Below, piece by piece: positions 53,334 to 64,000 of a stretch of DNA of 64,000 nucleotides. The stretch covers positions 5,394,001-5,458,000 of the forward strand of contig OX597834.1 of NCBI GenBank assembly GCA_951406725.2, given 5' to 3'. A model generated the notes under the pieces. That model did no database searches, was not told the DNA's origin, and was given only the letters and a program-made list of their open reading frames with translations. Source of the stretch: Octopus vulgaris (lineage: Eukaryota). The stretch's first letter is position 1. Each line of letters starts with the position of its first letter. The position numbers and the translations under genes were made by a program.

Positions 53334-53489
53334 CTTTATTTAAAAGCAGCAGAAATATAACAAAAGCGGTTACTCAGAGTTTCACGTTCCCGTTCGTCGT
53401 AGAGTTTTGTTAACAAAACTGTCCGACCAACGGGAACGTGAAACTCTGAGTAACTGCTTTTGTTATATTTCGACTGCTTTTAAATAAAG
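53334..53489. repeat. Near-perfect spacerless palindrome (about 78-bp arms) carrying a hammerhead-like motif in each arm
   Basis: Centre GTTAAC at 53409-53414; arm consensus GT CCGACGA ACG GGAA CGT GAAA CTCTGAG TA AC. Confidence 0.8.
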
Positions 53490-53490
53490 A

Positions 53491-53522
<32 letters not shown>

Positions 53523-53560
53523 ATTTTTTTTTGATTTTCCAGTTTCAGCTAATGAGCTGT

Positions 53561-53633
<73 letters not shown>

Positions 53634-53635
<2 letters not shown>

Positions 53636-53920
53636 GTGTATATTTAGGGCTAAAAACCACTATGTGGACAGCCATATGCTAGAAGTAGATCACATACGAT
53701 CTAACTACAAAGAAAAAAGTAATTTATTCGGTAATAGACGAGACCGGTATAAGATTAATTCTTGATTTTTATATAATTTTCATCTGCCTTGCCCCCCCTA
53801 TGTTCTGGTGTTCGTTGAATTTTCTCTGGAGAACATTTTTTCTTTGTAGTTTGATCGAATGTGATCTACTTCTAGCATATGGCTGTCCACATAGTGGTTT
53901 TTAGACCTAAACATACACAT
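53634..53920. repeat. 85-bp inverted repeat with 117-bp spacer next to (TA)n
   Basis: 53634-53718 and 53836-53920. Confidence 0.85.
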
Positions 53921-54022
53921 TTATTGGAATTTTCTCTGATTTTTCAGATTTTTATATGCTAGGCTACTGGTTTTAAATTGATATTAATTAAATTAATATT
54001 CAATTTATCTCCCTCATTATTG

Positions 54023-54082
<60 letters not shown>

Positions 54083-54099
54083 ATGTGTGTGTGTGTGTG

Positions 54100-56030
54100 T
54101 ATTCAAAGAAAACTAAGAGTACATACATAGAATGATCAATTTATTATTATAGACCAGTCAAATTAATAGGTTCATTCAAATTGCCAAAGCTACGTGTCAG
54201 CAGGTTGCTGTCCTTCATATTTCCTTACTAATAATGTTGTGCTTGTATTCCATACCTTCAGAGTTATCCTCAGTATATTTATTTCATATGTTTGGAGTCT
54301 TTACCATTAATCTAAAATTATTTACTTTAGTTTGTTTACTACTTTCGTTACTATGTTCTTTGTCATTATTTTCTTTGCCTGTCCTAATATTATTGGTATC
54401 TCTTTTATGTTTGTTATTGCTATTGCTACTATTAGTATTTATATTAATATAATCAATATTTATATTAATATTATCTATATATTTTTTGATAATATACTGC
54501 TTATTGCTTCTTCTATTTATAGATTATATGTTTATATGTCTAGATCCTAGCGGGGAATCCGTTACAGCTGTTTCCCTTCCCTCGTTTATCGTGTAAATCA
54601 TATCATCTTTGGTTTTATCGCCACTTTGGTCATTTCAGAATTCATCGTTATTTTCTTTACTCCTATTATTGTAGAAATCACTTAATCTTTTAGCATTTTG
54701 TGCAGCAATAATTTGTGCTATATTTTTTGATATGCAAAACCAGGCCCTCAAAACTTACGTGAATTTATTATTTTATGGTATTTATTTGCCCCTGAAAAAT
54801 GCTTAGAGACCGCTTTGTAGAATAATTTCACTATATTAGTTCTAATTTGCTTTGAGAAACTTATGAACAATATTATATTATCTTTTGACTGATTTTTAAG
54901 GAGGTTAATATCATTTATGCATGGGGTATAACTTTTTTTTACTGAATTGTTAGTTTTTCAATTCCTTCCCTTTTGTTGTTTATTCTCCTATTTTGTTTTA
55001 TATTTCTATAGTCATAATTATTATAGTGTTTTATTTTCGACTTCATTTCCATATCATTATCTTTGATTTTTATCCGTTCCATAATGTTTGTATTTTTGTT
55101 ATACATCTTTAGTTTATTTTCGTTTTCTATCTGTCTCCTGGTGTGTTTTCTTATATTATTCTTACCGGATTTCTATTCTTTTCTATTTATATTCTTTTTA
55201 TCTTTATATTTAGTAATTTCTATGTTGATATCATTATTGCGAATCTTGCTTTGTGTATTGTTCTTATTCTCTGATTTTACGCTTGTTGTATAGAATTATT
55301 ATTTTTGTTTACATCCAGCTTTACCCAGTGCGATATTGTAATAATCTACATTCTGTTATAATTCTGTTTTAATTCTGGCTGCCCGCATGGTTCTTGGTCT
55401 CAAGCATTTGTCTTATGAAGAAAGGTTGAAGACGCTCGACCTTTTTTCTCTCGATAAACGACAAAGCCGTGCTGATCTCATTCTCGCTCACAACATCATA
55501 AGCGGAAAGTGTAACCTCTCGAAAGAGCTGTTCTTCACCCCTGCTCCTGAGTGTCGGCTGCGGGGTCACTCCAAAGAGCTATATCTGCGACGATTTCATC
55601 TCAATCGAAGGAGAGGGGCTTTCTCCGTCCGGGTTGCGGATCCGTGGAATAAGCTACCGGACGAGATAGTGAAGATGCCGACGACTGCTCGGTTCAAAGA
55701 CTTTCTTGACCAGAAATGGCCTGAAATCTTTGCATAAACACCCTCCCTGTACATAACTCTATGTCCCCCTACATGGTCTTGCTTTTGCTTTTTGAGCCAA
55801 AAAATTAACTTAACTTAACTTAACTTAAAAATTACCTCATCTGCGGAGAGGTTAGAAATTCTTTTAGATATACTTTCAACTAATTTTTCTGTAATTCCTC
55901 CTGGATGGCTACTATTTTTGTTAGTGTAGCTTAGATTAGTATTAGGTTTATTGTAGGGTTTATATTTACCTGTTTCTAGATCTCGGTTATCATCCAAGAA
56001 GTTGACAGAGTTATGTTCCCTTTTGTTATA
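54100..56030 (-). mobile_element. Penelope-like retroelement ORF remnant (RT thumb to linker), interrupted by a CR1-like LINE
   Basis: SVNFLDDNRDLETGKYKPYNKPNTNLSYTNKNSSHP...SISKRISNLSADEVIF; DYYNIALGKAG; FSKQIRTNIVKLFYKAVSKHF...HKIINSRK; NIAQIIAAQNAKRL. All match Penelope/Poseidon-type motifs. Confidence 0.8.
55377..55827 (+). mobile_element. CR1-like LINE 3' fragment with (TAACT)n tail
   Basis: ORF 55387-55737 homologous to 5957-6590. Confidence 0.92.
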
Positions 56031-56539
56031 TCCTTACGGATGAACAAATACACTGCAACAGTGTTATAAATATAGAAGCGAAGCAAACAATAGTAATCAC
56101 ACGTAACGTAACAACAATCATTTAAGAACCAACAATCCAACGCGCTAACTCGAACTGTAAACTTTGAACTCCAGCTTTGAACTATCAACACGCGAACTAT
56201 GGAACTAGCGCGAGCTTTTCTCTTTATTTGCCTATAAAAAGCATAGACAGATGGGGACGAACAAGGACAGACAAGACAGCACAAGTGAGCACAAAAACAT
56301 AGACGGATGAATGATATGAAATTATATGATGAAAATGTAATGGTTACTACTCGACCCCACTTCCGAGTAGTATTATTTTAAATCTATTTTAAATCAAACT
56401 TTTACTGAATAACTATCTAATAAATATATAGTAGTTTCAATGTTTCAAAATGCACCAGAGGTGGAAAATGGTCATAATATTTTATTTCTACCCCTAATGG
56501 GTTTATTTCATGACCAAAGTTGGCTGCAAGACACATATC

Positions 56540-56876
56540 TCTACCCCTCTGATATTCTTGTAATCTCTCATCAACTGGTGTCAGATCATCTCTCTCAGTA
56601 CAAGTCTTACAAGTTACCTGGCGTCTCCACTGGTGTTGGTGCCATGAAAAAAGCACCCAGTACACTCTGTAACGGGATTGGTATTAGGGAGGGTATCCAG
56701 CCGTGGAGATGATGCCAAAACGGACAACAGAACGTTGCATAGCTCTTTGGCTTGCCAACTCATTTCAAGCCGTTCAAGCCACGCTAGCATGGAGAACGTA
56801 TAGTAAATGGTGGTACTAATGACGATGATGATGATGATGACGATGACGATGATGATGGTGGTGGTGGTGGTGGTGG

Positions 56877-56915
<39 letters not shown>
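56540..56915 (+). mobile_element. Degenerate SINE-like repeat with (GAT)n tail
   Basis: AAAAGCACCCAGTACACTCTGT..GGTATTAGGGAGGGTATCCAGCCGT..GCTAGCATGGA; related to 36259. Confidence 0.6.
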
Positions 56916-56918
<3 letters not shown>

Positions 56919-57448
56919 AAGCTTATACACACTTGACAAAATCTACCAATCACACACACATACACACACACACATTCAAACTAGACACACATTATTTAAT
57001 ATTGGTTGCTTGAAATATCATGTCAATTTTCTTGTATTTCTGTTTTAACTTTAACTCTGTAACTTATTTTAATAACATGTGTCTATGAACAGCTATAATT
57101 TTCTGTTAACATGAATCATGAACAAAAATTGGGTTTTTTTTTGCGTATTTTCACGTCTCAGTCAGTTCGTACGTTCATTTATTTTTGCTATACACGGTAC
57201 ACACTGCCGTCTTATTTAAGCTTGGTATATTTTCGAATCTCTTGTTCCGTTTGGTTCCACGGTGATCAATACATTCTTCGTAACATAATTAAAAGATTTT
57301 TGATATATGAGTTATTCACATTCTTATCTCTATGTATCTTTGTAACCATCTTCATTAATTTACATTACAAGTGTTTTTTTCCCAATATTACACACACACA
57401 TACACCCACACATACTTACATACGTATGGATGCTTGTATGTATGTATG

Positions 57449-57482
<34 letters not shown>

Positions 57483-57646
57483 TGTATGTATGTATGTACG
57501 TATGTATGTATGTGTGTATGTATGTATGTATGTATGGATGCTTGCATGTATGTATGTATGTATGTGTGTGTGTATGTATGTATGTATGTATGTGTGTATG
57601 TATGTGTGTGTGTATGTATGTATGTGTGTACGTATGTATGTATGTA

Positions 57647-58936
57647 CAAGGTGGGGAAGTAAAATTTACAATGAACGTTAAGTTGTTTTTTCTCAGCAGG
57701 CACTAAGTCAATTGTTTTGAAACCTAGCATATATTGATGTCATAATCATACCTAACACTATTGTCCTTACCTTTTCAAAAACTTTTTCCCATATGAGTAA
57801 TCAGGAAAGTAAATGTCAAAGAGTGTGTGATTTGCTGAAAGCACCCGTCACACCAAAGGAGATTTCAAGAATAGTTGGAGTGTCCATAAAAACTGTTTAT
57901 AAAGTAAATAATAGAATGACTATGAGCAAAACTATTACGAGAAAGTCTGGAAGTGGAGGAATCAACAAAAAACGTACATAAGCTTTTATTAAAACTCTCA
58001 AATCCCAAATTCCAAAGGATCCAACCAAATCCATGAGAAAAATGGTAATTGAACTTGAGGTGGAGAACAAGATCATTAGAAATGCAATAAAATATGATTT
58101 GAGGTTAAACTCTTACACTAGAACACAAAAACACTTGTTGACAACAGCTATGAAGGAAAAGAGATTGGAGAGGTGCAAGAAAATTATTACATGGTTCAAG
58201 AAAAAGTCCTCCATTGTAACAATCTTTTCAGATGAAAAGATTTTCACTGTCGATGCTGTTGTGAACCACAGAAATGACAGATTTACCACAAAATCGACAA
58301 CTGAGGTTAAGGGGACATTCAAAACAAAACATCCTGCTCAAGTTATGGCTTTTGGTGTTGTGGCTTCTGATGGAAAGAAAATGCTTATAAAATTCTACAA
58401 AGCTGATGAAAAGATCAATGTTAATACTTACTACAAGACTCTGAGATACCAGGTATTGCCATGGCTTAAAGCAAACTATCCAGATGGTAATTATGAATGG
58501 ACACAGGATGGTGCTCCAGCCCACACAGCTAGAAAAATACAAGATTTCTGCAAATCCAACTTTAGCAATTTCTTGGAATTATGTTTATGACCGCCTTCTA
58601 GCCCAGATCTAAACCCTCTGGATTATGCTATTTGGGGCATTTTAGAACATGCTACCAATAGAATATCACACAGCAACGTTGACTCTCTTAAAGATACTGT
58701 TAAAGAAGAATGGGAGAAGTTGTCTCCCAAATATATGAGGAACACTTGTGCAAGTTTCAGGAAGCGTGTGAAGGCAGTTATTGAGAAAGAAGGAGGACAA
58801 ATAGAATAAAAACATTTTCTATTATGTAAATTTTCATGTGGCAAATAAATTCTCATGACTTTCAATAAACTAATTGGTCATACACTGTCTTTCAATCCCT
58901 GCCTCAAAATATTGTAAATTTTGCTTACCCACCCTG
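57647..58936 (+). mobile_element. Full-length maT/DD37D (Tc1/mariner) transposon
   Basis: TIRs CAAGGTGGGGAAGTAAAATTTACAAT / ATTGTAAATTTTGCTTACCCACCCTG; TA TSD; inserted in a (TATG)n array; 1290 bp. Confidence 0.95.
57793..58809 (+). pseudogene. DD37D transposase, 338 codons, two in-frame stops and no frameshift
   Basis: FSDEK, QDGAPAH and *PPSSPDLNPLDY motifs, with 37 residues between D2 and D3; stops at 57979-57981 (TAA) and 58588-58590 (TGA at the conserved Trp). Confidence 0.92.
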
Positions 58937-58960
58937 TATGTATGTATGTGTGTGTGTATG

Positions 58961-58994
<34 letters not shown>

Positions 58995-59077
58995 TGTATG
59001 TATGTATGTATGTATGTATGTATGCATGCATGTATGTATATTTGATGCATGTACGTATGTATATATGTATGTATGTA

Positions 59078-59126
<49 letters not shown>

Positions 59127-59168
59127 TATATGTATGTATATGTGTATGTATGTATGTATGTATGTATG

Positions 59169-59200
<32 letters not shown>

Positions 59201-59384
59201 TGTATGTGTGTATGTGTATATGCACAGTATTTAGGTAGGTTGGTACGCTTGTATCAGTATTGTACCAATAATTGCTCCATTGGAAAGTTGTAATCAACAA
59301 TGCTGTTGATCCAAAATTCCAATATAAAACAAACGATGTCAGATATTTTGAATATCTAATAATTACTATACTTTCTCCTATTTA

Positions 59385-59615
59385 TCTTCTCTTTCTTTCA
59401 GTTATTAGACTGCGGCCATGTTGGAGCACTGCCTTGAAAGATTTTAGTCGAACAAATTGACCCTAGGGCTTACTTTTTTAAAGCCTAGTACTTATTCTAT
59501 CGGTCGCTCTCCTGAACAGCAAAGTTACAGGGATGTAAACACGCTAACAGCGGTTGCCAAGTGGTGATGGAGGACAAACAAAGGCACAAAGACACACACA
59601 GATATATAAATATAA

Positions 59616-59679
<64 letters not shown>

Positions 59680-59865
59680 GAGAGTTTATGAGAAAAGCAA
59701 AAGACGAAGACAGGTGGTGTACAAAACAAACAGATGTATTAGTATAACGCTCAGGAATAGAAAATGTATTTTACGTTTCGAGCCTACGCTCTTCTACAGA
59801 AAGGGACACAGAAGAAACAAGGAGCGAAAAAAATGTGTGTTGTGGCTAACGATCTATCATGGCGA

Positions 59866-59908
<43 letters not shown>

Positions 59909-60015
59909 CAGGCTTGTTTCAGTTTCCGTCTACCAAATCCACTTACAAGGCTTTGGTCGTCTTGGGGTTATAGTAGAAGACACTTGTCCAAGGTGCTATG
60001 CAGTGGGACAGAACC
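59385..60015 (-). mobile_element. Old SINE family A with module G nested in its internal (TA)n
   Basis: Family A tail at 59385-59610; body at 59900-60015. Confidence 0.75.
59677..59868 (-). mobile_element. Module G copy with hammerhead-like motif (59768-59803)
   Basis: Reverse complement CTTT CTGTAGA AGAGC GTAG GCTC GAAA CGTA AAAT; (TA)n on both sides. Confidence 0.6.
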
Positions 60016-60740
60016 CAACCACTGCACCAGAGCCATTTACTTGTGAGCCATAATCTTCGACACATCCCTCAATCTTCTACTCATCCTTCATCTCTTCAAC
60101 CTCTCCACCTCTAGAGAAATCTACTTTGACCATTGGAAACATGCTACAATATACAGAACAGGGAACATTTTTAACCCAACCAACTTTCACCGTATTGCAC
60201 TCTCTTCCAATATCTTCGAGATAATGGAGATAACCTATTACAACTGCATCCTCTAAAGCCATGAATCTTTCTCTCCGAAATGAGCACCAGTTCAGTTTTC
60301 ATAAGGCCAGATCCACTGGTGACTTATTCCCCTCTCACTTCCAAATGGGTTCTTCCTTTAAAGAAATTTGATGAAAGTAACGCTATCACCCTCAACATAC
60401 GCAAAGCTTTCGACAGTGTCTGACGTGTAAATCTCCCGTCAAAATTCCCTGCTTATCACCTCCATTCACTACAGATCTCTATGCTCTGTGACTTCCTATT
60501 GCTGCTTGTGTCAACGCAGCTCTTGTCCCTCATTCTATAAACTCTATCTTACGAGAAGACCCCTTTGTAAATCTTCCGCTCTCTTCTTTCTATATACCAT
60601 GACTTACTTGCTGCCACATCCAGCAACATTCATCCATATGCAGATGACATCAATTTTCATTCTTTCTTAACATTCTTCAACAATGCTCTTTCAGTGCACA
60701 AACTAGACACCACAGGCTAAATCTACATTAACTTCATGAA
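60015..60740 (+). mobile_element. Degraded LINE reverse transcriptase (CR1/Jockey group)
   Basis: HQFSFHKARSTGDL...AITLNIRKAFDSV*R.NLPSKFPAY and YADD (TATGCAGATGAC near 60637). Confidence 0.75.
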
Positions 60741-60775
60741 CACACTACATGCACGCACGCACACACACACATATG

Positions 60776-61700
60776 AGTTCATTAAGGTTCGGCCCTCATA
60801 CCTGTCCTGTTCATCATAGTTGTACAGGCCATCACAGAGGAGTTTGGGACTGGGTGTCCCTGGGAACATCTATGAGCTGATTATTCAGTTCTCATAGATG
60901 AATCTATAAGAGAATTAAAGAAGAAATTCAAAGCATGAGAGCTAAACCTAGAACCAAGGATAATTAAGACAAACTTAAGACAGAACACTGGAATCTTCAG
61001 GGAAATGGATTTCATTGTTAGGCAGTAAGGGAGTAGGTATAAAATCCAAATGCTGTGCATCCACTGTAAGCTATGGGCTTAGGAAAGATGTTGTGGAATC
61101 AAAGGCAGGCTAACAGAGAAAGTAATTTTCATATGCAAAAGATGCATTGGAGCGGTGCATACAATGAACACACCAGAAATAGACTTTTAAATGCTTAGAG
61201 CGATTGAATTAGGAAGAGAAGTGACTCTTCTAGAAATATAGAAGTTAGGGTATAAGAAAGTTAGAAAGAGTGTAGGGATTGTCCACCACTGCTGGCAACA
61301 TAAGTATTTTCCTTTCGAATGAAAGGCAGATTGTGTGACGACTGCGTTAGGACTTCAGCCCTTCCTGTTAGTTAGCCATATAATTCTAATGCAGAGGACT
61401 TGAGAAGACTGGAAAGAAATGAAGTAAGCATGCTCTGTTGGATATGCAACGCAAGTGTGCATGAGCAACATAGCAGAAATATGCTGAGAGAAAAACTGGG
61501 CATAAGAATCAAATGTAGTGTATGAGGAAGAAGCATAAGGTGCCAATCACTTAATCACTTTATTCAGGTGGAGCTTGCAAAAGAAGGGGTTCCAAGAAGA
61601 TTAAAGGACAAAATTGTCAAGGCTGATCTCAGGAACTTGAACCTTATGGAGGAAATGCCAAAGGACCAAGATAACTAGTAATACGGGGGTTCTTCAGAAA
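60776..61700 (+). mobile_element. Degraded RTE-type LINE reverse transcriptase
   Basis: GSALIPVLFIIVVQAITEEFGTGCPWEHL*ADYSVLIDESIRELKKKF, followed by a Cys-rich segment. Confidence 0.75.
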
Positions 61701-62570
61701 ACCCAATCAACTTGGGGGAGATGAGTTATATGTATGAACCACACATACACACACGCATACATACAGATATGAGTACAACTGGGTTAATTGCCTAATTTCC
61801 GCCCCAAATCACCCCACTACCCATCCTTTCTCTTACTGTAGGAATATTTAGATGATATCACTAATCTTTCCTATGACCCACAAACTTTTGTCTTGACATC
61901 TACCCTCCATCCATAACGTTGTCCTCTCCACCCAGAATTCTACTGCCCCCGCTGCCAACCCAAGCCATCGGATCATCTCAATCATCTCACATTCTCTGCT
62001 ACCATATGTTTCTCACAATCCCTCTGCATTATGCCCACCTCTCCTTCATACGTAATCTTGCAAACGACCCAACCATGAAAGTAGGTATCTCTATAAATGC
62101 ACCATTGAAATATAGTAAATACAACACTTATCACACATTCAAATGCTTCACAAATACATCTGGTTTAGGAGAGATTTCAAACAAACAGTTTTAAATGAAT
62201 TTATAATGGAAACTATCAGTTCTTTTGATTAATTAGTTTTTCTAAGCAGTTTAGCCATTACTCTAGTTTTTTTAAGAACTGGACACGCACCTTTAAAGTT
62301 TTTTTTTTTATTGTTAGAATGGCTTTCATTCAAAACATTAATGGTATTCAAATTATGTGACTGCGTGATTGTTTGTAAGTAAGTCCTGTGTGTGCATGTA
62401 TGTGCTTAACTATGTGTATGTGTCTATGTGTGTGAAACTATTCTTTTACTTCAGGGAAATTGTCATTTAGATGAAAAACTATCACGAAAATAAAAGATAA
62501 TACAAAATCTGTTGAGATCAGATATATTCAGAAGGGGGAAAATACACTTGATAAATTGTATTCGCTAAAA

Positions 62571-62965
62571 GTGGATGGCTGTGTGGTAAGTAGCTTGCTA
62601 ACCAACCACATGGTTCCGGCTTCAGTCCCACTGCGTGGCATCTTGGGCGAGTGTCTTCTGCTATAGCCCCGGGCCGACCAATGCCTTGTGAGTGGATTTG
62701 GTAGACGGAAACTGAAAGAAGCCTGTCGTATATATGTATAAAGATATATATATGTGTGTCTGTATTTGTCCCCCTAGCATTGCTTGACAACCGATGCTGG
62801 TGTGTTTACGTCCCCGTCACTTAGTGGTTCGGCAAAAGAGACCGATAGAATAAGTACTGGGCTTACAAAGAATAAGTCCCGGGGTCGATTTGCCCGACTA
62901 AAGGCGGTGCTCCAGCATGGCCGCAGTCAAATGACTGAAACAAGTAAATGAGTAAAGAGTAAGAG

Positions 62966-62966
<1 letters not shown>
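62571..62966 (+). mobile_element. SINE family A
   Basis: Matches the family A copies; followed by (TATC)n. Confidence 0.92.
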
Positions 62967-63041
<75 letters not shown>

Positions 63042-63531
63042 CCTTTCTTTCTCTCTCTCTCTCTCTCTCTGTATATATATATATATATATATCTACCTTC
63101 TGTCTGTCTGATTGTCTGTCGTTCGTTTCTGCGTAAGTCTAAACAATTTCTAGTAGTTATTTATGTTTATTTATATTGAATTTTTGTCAGCAGTTGGTTA
63201 ACGACATCAGCTTTCGTGTAATTGAATTTCGTCATCCGAAAATTCACCGAAGCATTTGAAATTTCATTGAAAAAAAAATAATTTTCGATCTGTCCTGAAA
63301 ATGGATAACCTGTCTCACGCTGCTAGCGTTCCACCGTCCTACATTTCCCTGAACTGCCGAACGGTACAGGGAAGAGATAAAGCATTGACTCACATTCGCA
63401 CACACACACACACACACGCACGCACACACACACGCACACACACACTTACACACACACACTTACACACAAACACACACACAGACTCTCTCACACACACTCA
63501 AACACACCCATACACACACACTCACACGCAG

Positions 63532-63816
63532 TTAACAACGTCAACATCAAGCAAGAGGGAAAGGAAAGCAAGAAGAATGAGCAGATGTCTAATGCCACCA
63601 CCGCTGCCAACACCACTGTCTCCACAACTGCCACCACCACCGCCACCGCCACCGCCACCGTCACCGCCACCACCACCACCACCAACAACAACAACAGTAA
63701 CAACACCAACACGAACAGGCAAAGTAACTTTGCTTCAGTTCTGAGGCAAAGAAAACGAGTTGTTTCATTTACGCCACAACAACTAATGGAAAGAAGGCCC
63801 CTTTTATCTAAGTCAG
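63532..63816 (+). CDS. Candidate host coding exon (low-complexity Thr/Asn-rich segment, possibly an N-terminal region)
   Basis: Acceptor-like GCAG| at 63531 and donor CAG|GTAATA at 63816; 285 nt, phase 1-1; reads NNVNIKQEGKESKKNEQMSNATTAANTT...NRQSNFASVLRQRKRVVSFTPQQLMERRPLLSKS. Confidence 0.4.
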
Positions 63817-63869
63817 GTAATATAATAAAACTAAACACATTTAAAAAAAAAATATTAACAAGACACAAC

Positions 63870-63945
63870 TATATGGCGGTGCCCCAGCATGGCCACAGCT
63901 CGTGAGCTGAAACTAGATAAAATAAAAAAAAAATTAAAAATATAC
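63870..63945 (+). mobile_element. Very short LINE 3' tail (same family as 15355-15565)
   Basis: GGCGGTGCCCCAGCATGGCCACAGCTCGTGAGCTGAAACTAGATAAAATAAAA. Confidence 0.7.
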
Positions 63946-64000
63946 AAGACAATAAATTTAAAAGCGAGAAAGCCCGAAAATCAACAAACAATTGAAAAAT

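Overview
AT-rich, microsatellite-saturated eukaryotic DNA with no complete gene. The repeat repertoire (tRNA-derived SINE families, (TA)n/(AAT)n/(CA)n/(TATG)n arrays) suggests a cephalopod, probably Octopus, though this is inferred and not verified. Almost all ORFs in the supplied track are microsatellite or SINE translation artefacts. Supported content: at least three SINE superfamilies (many copies, several with TSDs); fragments of CR1-like, RTE, R4/Dong, Gypsy and Penelope retroelements; Tc1/mariner elements (including a full-length DD37D/maT copy with only two nonsense mutations); a hAT remnant; two non-autonomous Helitrons; piggyBac-like and Merlin/MULE-like MITEs; a Crypton-like hairpin element; and one candidate host coding exon at the right edge. 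The most notable signal is a dense set of type I hammerhead-ribozyme motifs in short non-coding modules. One of these is a repeated element built as tRNA-like Pol III head + (AAT)n + hammerhead tail, found twice as head-to-head inverted pairs, which makes it a candidate Penelope-mobilised ribozyme-carrying SINE. Others are families carrying recurrent non-canonical cores (CUGUNGA, CCGANGA). All coordinates and alignments were read by eye; no database search or folding program was run.
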